Virus record (IMG/VR): IMGVR_UViG_3300032326_002475
Span: 6,912-70,911 of that record
DNA: 64,000 nucleotides
Source: a virus
Direction: 5' to 3' (one strand)
A model generated the notes under the pieces. It did no database searches. It saw only the letters and a program-made list of their open reading frames with translations, and was not told the DNA's origin. The translations under genes and the position numbers were made by a program. How positions within the stretch are numbered: the first letter of the stretch is position 1; each line of letters opens with the position of its first letter. Positions 1 through 9,600 of the stretch are shown here, one piece after another.

Positions 1-308
1 ATTAAATATCCAGGTTCAAAAAATTCTCTAGTTTCTAAATATTTTTTTTCTCTATAAAAACAATACAAATTTTCTAGCTCTTCATCATCAAATCTAATAT
101 CACTAAATAAAAAACCACACATTTGACACTGAACAGCTTTGCATGGAAAATAAATTTTTGAATTTTCAAAGCCATACAGGTTCCATTCATGATTCAAATC
201 ATAAACATCATAATCAAAGATCATTTTTGCCATAAAAGGCATCAATATTCCAGGACTTTTTGAAATATTTGTGCTATTGCAACAATAGCAAATATTAGAT
301 GTTTTCAT
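1..308 (-). CDS. Partial CDS running off the left edge; probable class I SAM methyltransferase with an N-terminal Zn-binding region
   Basis: Manual translation from ATG at 308 gives MKTSNICYCCNS...CKAVQCQMCGFLFSDIRFDDEELENLY, open to position 1. The CxxC...CxxCG pattern is typical of such methyltransferases. Its ATG overlaps the TGA of the upstream gene (ATGA). Confidence 0.55.
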   Translation of the reverse strand, partial: MKTSNICYCCNSTNISKSPGILMPFMAKMIFDYDVYDLNHEWNLYGFENSKIYFPCKAVQCQMCGFLFSDIRFDDEELENLYCFYREKKYLETREFFEPGYL

Positions 309-1624
309 GATAATTTTTCCTTAAAGAATAGTTCAACAATATCTCCAATGTAAGAAATTTGTTCTTCTGTAATAACAGGTGATGTTCCTAAAAAGAAAGT
401 GCTGGTTGTAACATAATTTGCAACAGGAAAATCAGATAGCTTAAGATCACCAATTAAATGAGCATAAGCTGGTTGCATTAAGATATTTCCAGCAAAATAC
501 GGCCTAGTTTGAATCTTCTTTGATTCTAAAAATTGACATAAATCACTTCTCTTAAAGGGAGCGTTTTTTTTAACTGTTACAGGAAATGCAAACCAATTTA
601 CATCTGCCTTGGCCTGTGGTCTAGGTAAATGGAAATATTCTTCATATTTTCCAAAGACATTGAATAAAAGCTGGTAGTTTCTTTTTCGTAAACTTGATAT
701 TTCATCAAATTTATCAATTTGAGCCAAAAGCATAGAAGCTTGCACTTCAATTGGTTTGAGATTATAGCCAACTTCTTCATATACATATTTATGATCAAAC
801 ACTTCACCTGGCATATTTGGGAGCCATTCTGAAAATCTAGCATTACAAGCTCCACATTCTGTAATGTTTTGCTTTCCAATACAAAAACATCCCCTGCCCC
901 AGTCTCTAATTGATCTAATAATTTTCTCAACTTGATCACTGTTACAAGTTACCAATCCACCCTCTCCACAAGTTATATGGTGAGCAGGATAAAAAGAACA
1001 AGAAGACATCAAGCCAAAGCTACCTAAAGGATTACCATCATAAGTAGAACCTAATGCATCACAGCAATCTTCCAGTAAAATCAAATCATTTTCACGCACT
1101 AAACTCATAAGCTCATCCATATTAGGTGGATTGCCTAAAACATGAGCAAATGTAATAATTTCAATGTCTGGATTTTCATCTAAAGCCTTTTTAACACACT
1201 CAATATCAAGGTTCAATCCGTCTAAGCTAATGTCAACAAATACAGGCTTAAATCCGCATTGAAATATGGGATTGACAGTTGTGGGAAATCCTGCAATAGG
1301 TGTAAGTACTTTTGTTCCTTCGGGGAAGTTAGTTAATCTTTTTGATTTAAGTGCAGACATCATTAATAAATTGCTGCTACTTCCTGAGTTTGTTAGAAGA
1401 GCAAACTTTTTATTGAACATTTTGGCTAGTTTTTTCTCAGCTTTGTATGCATCAGCCCCTAATACGAGCCAACCATCAAGTAAAGTGGATACAGCTTTTG
1501 TTATTTCATTCTGATTAAAGTATGGTCCAGCGTAATGAACATGGTCTTTACCAGCCCGCCATTCTTTTTTTGGTTCATTGATAACAAAGTTTTCAACTAG
1601 TTGCAAAAGTTCTTCTTTAGTCAT
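305..1624 (-). CDS. rfbH: DegT/DnrJ/EryC1/StrS family PLP/PMP enzyme, RfbH/DdhC-like (CDP-4-keto-6-deoxyglucose 3-dehydrase type)
   Basis: Motifs TNSGSSSNLL, EDCCDALGS, SFYPAHHITCGEGG (His in place of the usual Lys), RDWGRGCFC and DHKYVYEEVGYNLKP. Confidence 0.85.
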   Translation of the reverse strand: MTKEELLQLVENFVINEPKKEWRAGKDHVHYAGPYFNQNEITKAVSTLLDGWLVLGADAYKAEKKLAKMFNKKFALLTNSGSSSNLLMMSALKSKRLTNFPEGTKVLTPIAGFPTTVNPIFQCGFKPVFVDISLDGLNLDIECVKKALDENPDIEIITFAHVLGNPPNMDELMSLVRENDLILLEDCCDALGSTYDGNPLGSFGLMSSCSFYPAHHITCGEGGLVTCNSDQVEKIIRSIRDWGRGCFCIGKQNITECGACNARFSEWLPNMPGEVFDHKYVYEEVGYNLKPIEVQASMLLAQIDKFDEISSLRKRNYQLLFNVFGKYEEYFHLPRPQAKADVNWFAFPVTVKKNAPFKRSDLCQFLESKKIQTRPYFAGNILMQPAYAHLIGDLKLSDFPVANYVTTSTFFLGTSPVITEEQISYIGDIVELFFKEKLS

Positions 1625-1645
1625 AAGTATATTATACCTTTACTT

Positions 1646-2374
1646 CTATTCAATCTCATAAACCCATTTAGTGTAATCATCTAAATTGGAATAATCTATG
1701 GTATCGTGATGCAGATTGATTAATTTACCATCATTACCAACATTGAACACAAGTCCAAACACACTTTCAACATACCATTCAAAGCAAGGGACATCATATT
1801 TCCAGTATTGTAAAAGTTTTATATAATAATTTTTTGGATTTGACAGTATGGCTTCTTTAGTTACAGATATATGTCCATTTCTATAAAATCTAGTTGGTAG
1901 TTTCCAATCAATTATTTTTTTTGGATCTATAAAATCATCTAAAAATTCTTGCCAAGTGTGTGTAAATTTTATAAAATACTCATGATGTCTTTGATTCCAA
2001 TTAACAGGCTGTTGATACATATTGTCTAAAATTTGATATCTGGTTGGAACAGATGCAAATTCTCCTTTAGGTATGTATTTGTAATAATCAATTAGCTTTT
2101 TCAAACCTTCTGGAGTATCTTTGATGCCTTTGCTTACTTCAAAGTCGCCATCCCATGGATTTGCTTCTACTAAAAAAGTTACGTCTGCAATATTCTCATA
2201 ATTCTTTACGAGATGATAAAATAAAGATCCACCGCCCATGCCTACATTGGGTAAATTAATTACTGGATGTTTTGATTTAATTCGGTTACCTTTATTATAA
2301 ATTATAACATTATCAAGATTTTCAACCCATGAAACATCTTCCATATATCTAAATATTACAACCTGAAAGTCCAT
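1646..2374 (-). CDS. DUF3431-like protein (putative glycosyltransferase-related)
   Basis: N-terminal VVIFRYMEDVSW...IIYNKG...LPNVG pattern; sits in a sugar-metabolism neighbourhood. Confidence 0.55.
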   Translation of the reverse strand: MDFQVVIFRYMEDVSWVENLDNVIIYNKGNRIKSKHPVINLPNVGMGGGSLFYHLVKNYENIADVTFLVEANPWDGDFEVSKGIKDTPEGLKKLIDYYKYIPKGEFASVPTRYQILDNMYQQPVNWNQRHHEYFIKFTHTWQEFLDDFIDPKKIIDWKLPTRFYRNGHISVTKEAILSNPKNYYIKLLQYWKYDVPCFEWYVESVFGLVFNVGNDGKLINLHHDTIDYSNLDDYTKWVYEIE

Positions 2375-2417
2375 ATTTTTTCCTTCTAAAAAATCAATTT
2401 ATCTGAGTTATATTCTT

Positions 2418-2460
2418 AAACACAAAAAAGACCCTTAACAAGAACGGTCTTTTTTGTGTT
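2418..2460. terminator. Intrinsic terminator-like hairpin
   Basis: Inverted repeat aacacaaaaaagacc ... ggtcttttttgtgtt between two genes. Confidence 0.65.
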
Positions 2461-2472
2461 AAATTTCTCTTG

Positions 2473-3168
2473 TCACGTTATTCTTAAGTCATCATATTCA
2501 AAAATAAGCGGATATTGAGCTTCTTGATGGCAACCTACAACTTCTCCCAAATCATAAAATCTATACTGGAAATCATCTTCCCACATAAATCCAATTTCAG
2601 TAAAATGTCCATCAGGCTTATTTATCTTCCAGCTATTAATATATTCCCAATAATTAGCCTTTTCAAATCCTCTAAAAACATTGTCTTTAATTGAGTAAAT
2701 CCACTTATGATGGAAAAAGCCTCTGTATCCTTGAACCCCATACCAATTTTCAAATCTCAAATATTCAGCATATTTTGATGGGACGGAAATAAATCCTCTC
2801 TTAGAAATTTTCATCAACATATCGCAAACTAGTTTAGGATTTGTAATATCTTCAAGCGTATGAGTGCAAATAGAATAATCAAATTTGCCATGCTCTTCAA
2901 CATAGTCTAATACTGGTTTCCAATTATGTTCTTGGGTAATATCAAAATCAAAAAAATGTCTGTCGGGATGAGAAGTTAAAAATTCTTCTTTAGAACCTTC
3001 ATTAACAAAAATATCTACAACATGAGTCGTATGTTTACACCAAGAGTTAATACCACCACCAACATCAATAACCTTTAATGAATCATCTTGAGCCTTAAGC
3101 TTTTCAATTGCCTCATCAACAAAGTGTCTATGTTCAGTGAATTTTCTTATAACTTTACTTGTAATCAT
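2473..3168 (-). CDS. Class I SAM-dependent methyltransferase
   Basis: VIDVGGG motif I and FDYSICTHTLED. The start is probably the ATG at 3168, 6 nt downstream of a TATAAT. Confidence 0.7.
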   Translation of the reverse strand: MITSKVIRKFTEHRHFVDEAIEKLKAQDDSLKVIDVGGGINSWCKHTTHVVDIFVNEGSKEEFLTSHPDRHFFDFDITQEHNWKPVLDYVEEHGKFDYSICTHTLEDITNPKLVCDMLMKISKRGFISVPSKYAEYLRFENWYGVQGYRGFFHHKWIYSIKDNVFRGFEKANYWEYINSWKINKPDGHFTEIGFMWEDDFQYRFYDLGEVVGCHQEAQYPLIFEYDDLRIT

Positions 3169-3194
3169 GAATATATTATACATTCAAGGTTAAA

Positions 3195-3226
3195 TAAAAA
3201 AAGAGGAGTATTTCTACTCCTCTTTC
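3195..3226 (-). terminator. Intrinsic terminator after the major capsid gene
   Basis: Stem agaggagta/tactcctct followed by a U-tract on the minus strand. Confidence 0.8.
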
Positions 3227-3244
3227 TGTTTGACTTGCTAAAAA

Positions 3245-4099
3245 TTACGCAACGGTAATTCTGGAAACAGCATAGTCGTTGATAAGAGCAAAACCGAGCT
3301 CTTCGTAAACAACCCATCCGAGTCTAAGTCTCTTTGGATCGTCTGCAGGAAGAACGGTGATGTCTTGTCTGATTGGCATTGCACCACAGAATTGTGCAGG
3401 AGCAAGAACGTACACAGAGTTCTTAGGAACCATTGTGGAAACGTGGATGTCTGCAGAATAGATGTGGCCATAAAGACCAGTCATAAGGATATCTCTTTGA
3501 GTTGCCTCATCAAAGAATTCCTTACCCCAGTTTCTGATATCTTTGTATCTTTGTGGGTGAAGGACAACCTTAGCACCGATGAGCTCATGCTCTTCGATAA
3601 GCGTAAGTGCAAGGTTGATGTTCTCTGGTTGAAGAGTACCGGAAACAGAGATAGCTTGGTCGGTAGGTACACCAGCATTGATGACCTTGAAGACTTCGGT
3701 ATCTTCTTGTCTTTGGAGGGAGTCCTTAGCACGGACTTGAGCTCTATCGACGATGTAGAATCTTCTTTGTCTGATCTCATTCAATCTGATTTGTGGATGA
3801 GCAGCCAACTCGATGGTTGGAACAAGAAGCTCTTCTGCTTCAACTTCAGCTGCAGGAACGGAGCCTCTCTTAGGAATGACGTATGACTTTACAGCAACGT
3901 CTCTCTCATATCTTGCAAGAGCGCCTTGTGGGAGCTCATCAACCATGAGAAGCTTTCTACCGATAGCTTGGTACATAAGGGAGGTCTTGATTGGCTCAAC
4001 CATTGCTTGAGCTAATGCTGTTCTACCCTCTGGAGTCTCAAGAGCCATCGCGATGATGGATTCTCTTTGCTCATTTGTGTTTCTTTTAATCATTGACAT
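3245..4099 (-). CDS. Major capsid protein, HK97 fold (short, encapsulin-like, 284 aa)
   Basis: Last gene of the head operon, with a strong SD (AAGGAG) and a terminator. Layout fits HK97: N-arm GRTALAQAMVEPIK, E-loop region, spine helix IVDRAQVRAKDSLQRQED, GHIYSADIHVS and C-terminal GWVVYEELGFALIN. Confidence 0.85.
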   Translation of the reverse strand: MSMIKRNTNEQRESIIAMALETPEGRTALAQAMVEPIKTSLMYQAIGRKLLMVDELPQGALARYERDVAVKSYVIPKRGSVPAAEVEAEELLVPTIELAAHPQIRLNEIRQRRFYIVDRAQVRAKDSLQRQEDTEVFKVINAGVPTDQAISVSGTLQPENINLALTLIEEHELIGAKVVLHPQRYKDIRNWGKEFFDEATQRDILMTGLYGHIYSADIHVSTMVPKNSVYVLAPAQFCGAMPIRQDITVLPADDPKRLRLGWVVYEELGFALINDYAVSRITVA

Positions 4100-4134
4100 T
4101 AGATTTTTTTCTCCTTAAAAAATTACCTTACAGA

Positions 4135-4788
4135 TTAAGCTCCGGTAAGTTGGGTGAAGTAGAGAAGACCAGAAGCGCTATCGAGGGAATCAACTCTTCC
4201 AACGATAGGACCGTCAGTTCCTCTGTCATCAAGCTTGACTAACTTACCAGCTTGTGCTGATGATCCTGCAACAGTAAGGAGGTCGCCTGGAAGTAAGGTG
4301 TATGCAGCAGCGCCGTCAAAGTTGACGTTAGTAGATGCAATAGCGGCATATCTGTCTGTTACAAATTGTCCACCTGGGGTGTTGAAAACGCCAACGCCTC
4401 TTCTTGGACCTTCGTATCCTGAGGAACCAGCTGTTGGGTTGGTAACGCCGTTTACGTTCTCTGCAAGGAAGTCACCAATTGCTCTTTTTGAAACAACGTA
4501 GAAACCGTTGTTGTTAGCTTGAAGAACGCCTGATGAATCGGTGTATGAAGATCCGACTGGATCTGCAAGAATCATCGTGTTACCAGTTCTAGCGGTGTCG
4601 TCTGCTGAAAAACCTACAAATCTACCCATTTGTTCAACGAGTGTGCTAAAACCAATAGCGGATCTGAAGGCAGCGGAAACAAAACCAGTACTAGGTGCAA
4701 TGAAAAGAGCGTCACCAGCAAGGAAAGATGCTGAGGCAGCTGTTGGATAGTTAGCAACTATAGCTGAATTTAATGCTTTAATAGCCAT
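4135..4788 (-). CDS. Putative capsid decoration/cement protein
   Basis: Gly/Ala-rich and beta-rich (AGDAL..., PGDLLTV...GKLVK); immediately upstream of the capsid gene with a strong SD. Confidence 0.55.
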   Translation of the reverse strand: MAIKALNSAIVANYPTAASASFLAGDALFIAPSTGFVSAAFRSAIGFSTLVEQMGRFVGFSADDTARTGNTMILADPVGSSYTDSSGVLQANNNGFYVVSKRAIGDFLAENVNGVTNPTAGSSGYEGPRRGVGVFNTPGGQFVTDRYAAIASTNVNFDGAAAYTLLPGDLLTVAGSSAQAGKLVKLDDRGTDGPIVGRVDSLDSASGLLYFTQLTGA

Positions 4789-4823
4789 TTTTAGTATTCT
4801 CCTAATTTATTGTTTTGAGGAAA

Positions 4824-6494
4824 CTAATCCTCAATTTTTGGCATTGTGAAAGCGCCTTTAAGGGCACTTTGTATGTCAAGAGCTGCACCGTTTGCGGTGT
4901 GTCCACCGCTAAATGCAGGAGTCGTCGAGATTCCAGTATTGGAAGCTGTTCTAGTGCTTCTCTCTGCAGCAGCAGCTGCAATTCTTTCACTAGAAGATTG
5001 TGCTGACTTGAGCAACAACTTTGTTTGTCTGATCATAGAATCAGCCTTGAGACCGTCATTGAGCATTTGCTCTGCATAAGAATCAACTTCTTCAGTTGTA
5101 ATAATTCCAGCTAATGCCAACTTAGTTGAGCAGCTATAAGCTGTCTTAAGTCTAGCTGTATCTAAAGAAGCAATTGAGCTATTGAATGTGTTTGCTGCAT
5201 CGTTAGCTTTGCCCTTAGCGTTATTCAAATCTGCTTTAGCAGAATTGATACCAGAACTTAAATCAGCAGCATCATTGACTAACTCAGTTGTGCTTTCTGC
5301 ACTTCTTTCACCATCTGCATGACCTTCGTCAGATGCATTTGTTGGGCATTCTTTGTTAGCACATCTAGTTGCTGCATTGTTCATTTCATCATCAGTCATT
5401 GACATTCTTGTACCGCAAGCAGTACATTCAACTTCTGACTTAGCTGCAACGGTAGTCTTGTGAGGCATACCTGGCATTTGAGTAGGAACTTTGAAAAGAT
5501 TCTTGTCTTCAAGACCTTGTGAAGGGTTAGTCAAGCTCTCCCAATCAACTGTAACTTCCAATTCAGAGGTTCCTTCAAGCTTCATAGGCTTGGTAACATC
5601 TGGGAATTGAAGTGAACCAGGATTGTTTGTTGGAATTCTTGACTCATTCCAAGTTGGGTTTTGCTCTTTAAGTGAATTACCGCCATCATTTTCCAATGAC
5701 ATTGTTGGGTAATCTACAGAACCTGGCATATTTGCCATGCTTTCGTTATGTTGGAATCCAGCTGACGTTTGCACAGTCTCTTCATCAGACGCAAGCTTCA
5801 TGAGCATTTCTTCTCTCTCAGCTTTTCTGACAAGTGCTTCTCTAAGTGCTTTGCGCTCAGCTAATGTAGTTCTATTCATATCATTAACCTTTTTGCTTAT
5901 TTTAGTATTTTCTAAATTTTCATCATCTGATTCATCTTCTGAATCGTCATCATCATCAAAATGAGTAATGTCTTCATCATCATCGTCATCAGAATCATCA
6001 TCTCCGCTTAGAAGATTATCGAGCGCCTCTTGCACAGCTTTCTGTGCTGCATCAACCATTTGGGCGGGAACTTCAATTTCAAATACGGCGACATCATCAC
6101 TATTTTCATCTACATTCACATCATCGTCCATGTCGTCCATGTCATCCATGTCATCCATGTCTTCATCATCATCTTCATCATCTTCTGCTCCCATATTAAG
6201 AGCTAAATCGTCATCATCTTCTTCTGATAAATCATTTGTGAAGTCAACAGTCTCTTTACCATCTTCAAGGTCTAAGTTAGAAACTTCTAAACCGGCTTGT
6301 CTAACAACATTTGGAAGATATTTTGATCTAATTGCGTTTGCTACGATAATCGCTTCATCTTTATTCAAAGATGCAGTTTTTTGCATATCTGACGCACATG
6401 CGATCAAATCCTCCTTATCAGTTGCTTTGATTTCTGCTAATTTCATTGCTTCTAATTGGCTTTTAAAGTTGGCATTCTTTGAGTTTTTATTCAT
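4824..6494 (-). CDS. Acidic head protein, putative scaffold/core, with a CxxC..C-x4-C Zn ribbon
   Basis: Asp/Glu-rich low-complexity tracts, CTACG...CANKEC, and a position between the protease and capsid genes. Confidence 0.5.
   Translation of the reverse strand: MNKNSKNANFKSQLEAMKLAEIKATDKEDLIACASDMQKTASLNKDEAIIVANAIRSKYLPNVVRQAGLEVSNLDLEDGKETVDFTNDLSEEDDDDLALNMGAEDDEDDDEDMDDMDDMDDMDDDVNVDENSDDVAVFEIEVPAQMVDAAQKAVQEALDNLLSGDDDSDDDDDEDITHFDDDDDSEDESDDENLENTKISKKVNDMNRTTLAERKALREALVRKAEREEMLMKLASDEETVQTSAGFQHNESMANMPGSVDYPTMSLENDGGNSLKEQNPTWNESRIPTNNPGSLQFPDVTKPMKLEGTSELEVTVDWESLTNPSQGLEDKNLFKVPTQMPGMPHKTTVAAKSEVECTACGTRMSMTDDEMNNAATRCANKECPTNASDEGHADGERSAESTTELVNDAADLSSGINSAKADLNNAKGKANDAANTFNSSIASLDTARLKTAYSCSTKLALAGIITTEEVDSYAEQMLNDGLKADSMIRQTKLLLKSAQSSSERIAAAAAERSTRTASNTGISTTPAFSGGHTANGAALDIQSALKGAFTMPKIED
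6121..6161. repeat. 9-bp tandem repeat encoding (DDM)n
   Basis: About 4 copies of gtc(g/a)tccat inside the acidic head gene. Confidence 0.8.
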
Positions 6495-6572
6495 TTCTTG
6501 CTGCTTCCCTTAATAAAACTTTTTCTTTTATCAAAGCTTAGTTTTAAAACATAGTTATAAACTGTTTTATAC

Positions 6573-6600
6573 ATTCTATGTTATTATGTTTTATACCTTT
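6573..6600 (-). promoter_or_regulatory. Putative late promoter (SigH-like)
   Basis: Minus strand reads AAAGGTATA-N12-ATAGAAT. Confidence 0.7.
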
Positions 6601-6606
6601 TTTAAC

Positions 6607-6640
6607 AAAACAGGAGAGATGTTACTCTCTCCTGTTTTTT
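6607..6640. terminator. Intrinsic terminator
   Basis: aaaacaggagag ... ctctcctgtttt inverted repeat. Confidence 0.8.
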
Positions 6641-6645
6641 ATACG

Positions 6646-9600
6646 TTAATCTATCCAAGTAATAGAAACATCTAACTTAGTTGGATCTGTCTTTGAAGCA
6701 GCAACTCTTGTTTTTGAATAATTTCCACACTTATAGCAGAATGTATTGTCTTTTACTTTATGTGCATGTCTGTTGCCACATGATGGGCAAACCATACCAA
6801 TTGGAAGCATTCTTTCAGCTGTCTTGTCAAATGTAGGAAGCGCAGTCTTTAAGTAAACATCTGAGTCAACAGTAGCAGAAAGTCTGATCATAGATTTGTA
6901 AGAACTTGCTGCCACAGGAGCAGGAGGAGCTGTTGCAGCACCAAGGCCTGTATCGCCACCAAGTGGAGCTTCTTCTTCAACCATATCGTCATTCTTCTTG
7001 CCCATTCCACCAGTTCCATCAGAAATTAGCTTGAGCATCATTTCAATTTCAAATGCGGAACCACAACTATTACAAGAAGCCTTTGATTCAGCTACATCTA
7101 CATCATTACTTCCGCAAACTGGGCAAACACTACCCCAAGGCTTCTTTTCACCTGGTTCAGACATTGCATCTAATTCTGGTGACTGGTTCATTTCACCGCC
7201 TGTAAAGCCTGAAACTCCAAGATCCCCACCACCTAAATTAGCGCCAGCAGAAAGATCCCCAACTGGTCCAGCAGCAGGAGCGGCAGGAGCAGCACCAGGT
7301 GCCCCAGCAGGAGCGCCCATACCAGGAGCCATAGCATATTTTGAAAGCACTTCATCTCTTCTGGTTTTTCTAGCAAACTTTGCTGAATCACTCATAATGA
7401 CAGGAATTTCTTCATTTTCAGGCTGCATATCTACAGGCTCAGCTGCAGAATCAACATTGAATGTTTTAGTAACATTTGTAGAAACAGAAGCTGTAATATT
7501 GCCGTCAGCATCTACAACAAGATCAGTAAAACTAAATGTAGATGGATCAACAGTGAAGGCATGTTGTTGCAAAACTTCAATAGCTTTTTGCTTAAATGTC
7601 TCTTCAAATGAATCATCGCTTGGATTTACTCCGCCCAAATCTTCTTTGGTGCAAACAAATCTTAAGCATTCCATCTTGCTTTGAGTGACACTCATTGCTG
7701 CAGTTCTTTCATTCTTTAATTTGACTGCAATTGCTTTTTCAATAAGCTTTTCTGCAACTTCACCTTGAGCACACAATCTTTTTGCAGCAGTAGCAATTCT
7801 AGTTGAGCTAATTTCAAAATGTAATGAATAATCTGCGAGCCATCCAATTACATTTGATGTGATATCTTTTGAAGAAGCAGTCTTAATTCCCCAGAACTCT
7901 CTTCTTGCTCTTGCTCTTAGTCTTGCTTCTGTTGATGTAACTGTTTTAGCTCTGTTAATTGCAGCAACAAGATCTCTTTGCGGCATATCTTCTACAGTGC
8001 CAGCAACTTCATCAGGAGTAACCTTCATGTCGTCAGCGGATTGTCCCATTGCTGATATCGCTGCTTGAAGTGTAAGCTTGTCTACAAGTTCACTGTCTGC
8101 AGAAACTTTATCAGATAATGCTGCTCTAAGTTCTTCTGCTCTTGAAGGAGTTGCGGAAACATCCATGCCTTCTGCGGATGCTGATTCATTCTTAAGCATA
8201 ACTTCAGCAAGAGACATAACAGCTTCTTTAGTAACAGTCCCTTCTTCAACTGCAACAGCAATTGCTTCAGCTAAATCAATAGGCTTGATATCAGATTGAA
8301 CTGCAGCTCCAAGTTCCTTGAGGATTGATGATACAGCATCTGGATTTTCTGATTTTTGATTGAAGAAGTCTGCTTTTTCAGCTCTATCAGCGTCCATATC
8401 AACAGTTGAGGAAGCAGCACCAATCATTTCTGGTAAATTTTGCTCTTCAGAAAGCATTTGTGCAACTTTCATTATGTAGCTTGGAGTTTCTTTTGCTGAT
8501 ACAACGGATCTAGCTAATGCTTTGATTGTGCTAGACATGACTTCGTGTGCACTAGCCTTACCACCAACTCTGCACTCTTCTAATTGTTTCTCTAATACTT
8601 CTGTTGGAACACCCTTGCAGACTTCATCAACGAGTTGTGAAAGAGATTTTGTAATTTCTTCGTGCTTTGATTTATGACCATATAAGCCAGCATCGGCTAA
8701 AAGTTCTTCTCTGACTTTTTCATCAGTTCCCAAATGCTTTGTGGCAACTTCTTCGCCTCTAGTCTTGTCTGAAACACCCTTATGATGTGCTTTTAATGCA
8801 TCATAGGTAGACTTTCCATCGTAGCCTTCGCCAGTTCTTACTTCATCAAGTTGTTCTTGTCTTGATCCGTCTCTATCTTTGACATCAAGAAGAGCTGTTT
8901 TGACAAATGTGCCATAATCTTTGAGAAGATCTGCAGCAACTCTAGTGCCATGGCCATTCTCTAATGATGATAATTGACTCTCATTAAGAATTGGTTCCCA
9001 AGAAGTTCTTTTACCGTTTGTGTAACCTGTAATAGTTCCATCAGTAGAAAGAACAACTCTATTTCCTGCGTTATCTTCGACTTTAAAGTCGATAGTTACT
9101 GCAGCAGCAAGCTTTTTTCTTTGCTCTGATGCAATTTTAGCAAAATGATCCATTTGATTTGTGCTCCTCGCCTCTAAAGGCTTGTTAGTTTTTATATTTT
9201 TATTTCTTTCATTAGCCACTCTCATGACATTTTGAATTGAGTTATTTATGTCTGCTGTACCACTCAAGTTTTCCTTGAGTGACAATAAACTTTGCGCTAA
9301 ATTTAGAAAATGATTTTTACTTTTATTTGAGCTTGCAAAAACTTCTCTTTTGCCGTCTCTAGAAGCCCAAACTAAGTTAATGTTTGAAGAGGCAAGTGCA
9401 ACCCCTCCGCCAACTGGATTTTCAGGACTAGAAAAATTTGTAAAGTCCATTATTTTTCCAATATTGTTATTTGAAGGACTGTAATCAGCCAACCCAACTT
9501 GCGCTTGTTGTGGTTGGAGATTTTGAGGTTGAGCTTGTTGTTGTTGTGGTTGGTTTATAGGTTGTGGAGCTTGCCCTGACCCCACATCGATTCCGTCATC

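Noticed and set aside
3245-4099. Cellular encapsulin operon
   Set aside because: Portal, terminase and protease genes in the same module show that it is a phage capsid.
6121-6161. Tandem 9-mer as a contingency locus
   Set aside because: It is an in-frame repeat within an acidic low-complexity linker, so length change would not switch expression.
3365-8299. Long plus-strand ORFs (3365..3886, 5968..6513, 6998..7684 and others)
   Set aside because: They are antisense shadows of well-supported minus-strand genes, with Ser-rich low-complexity translations.
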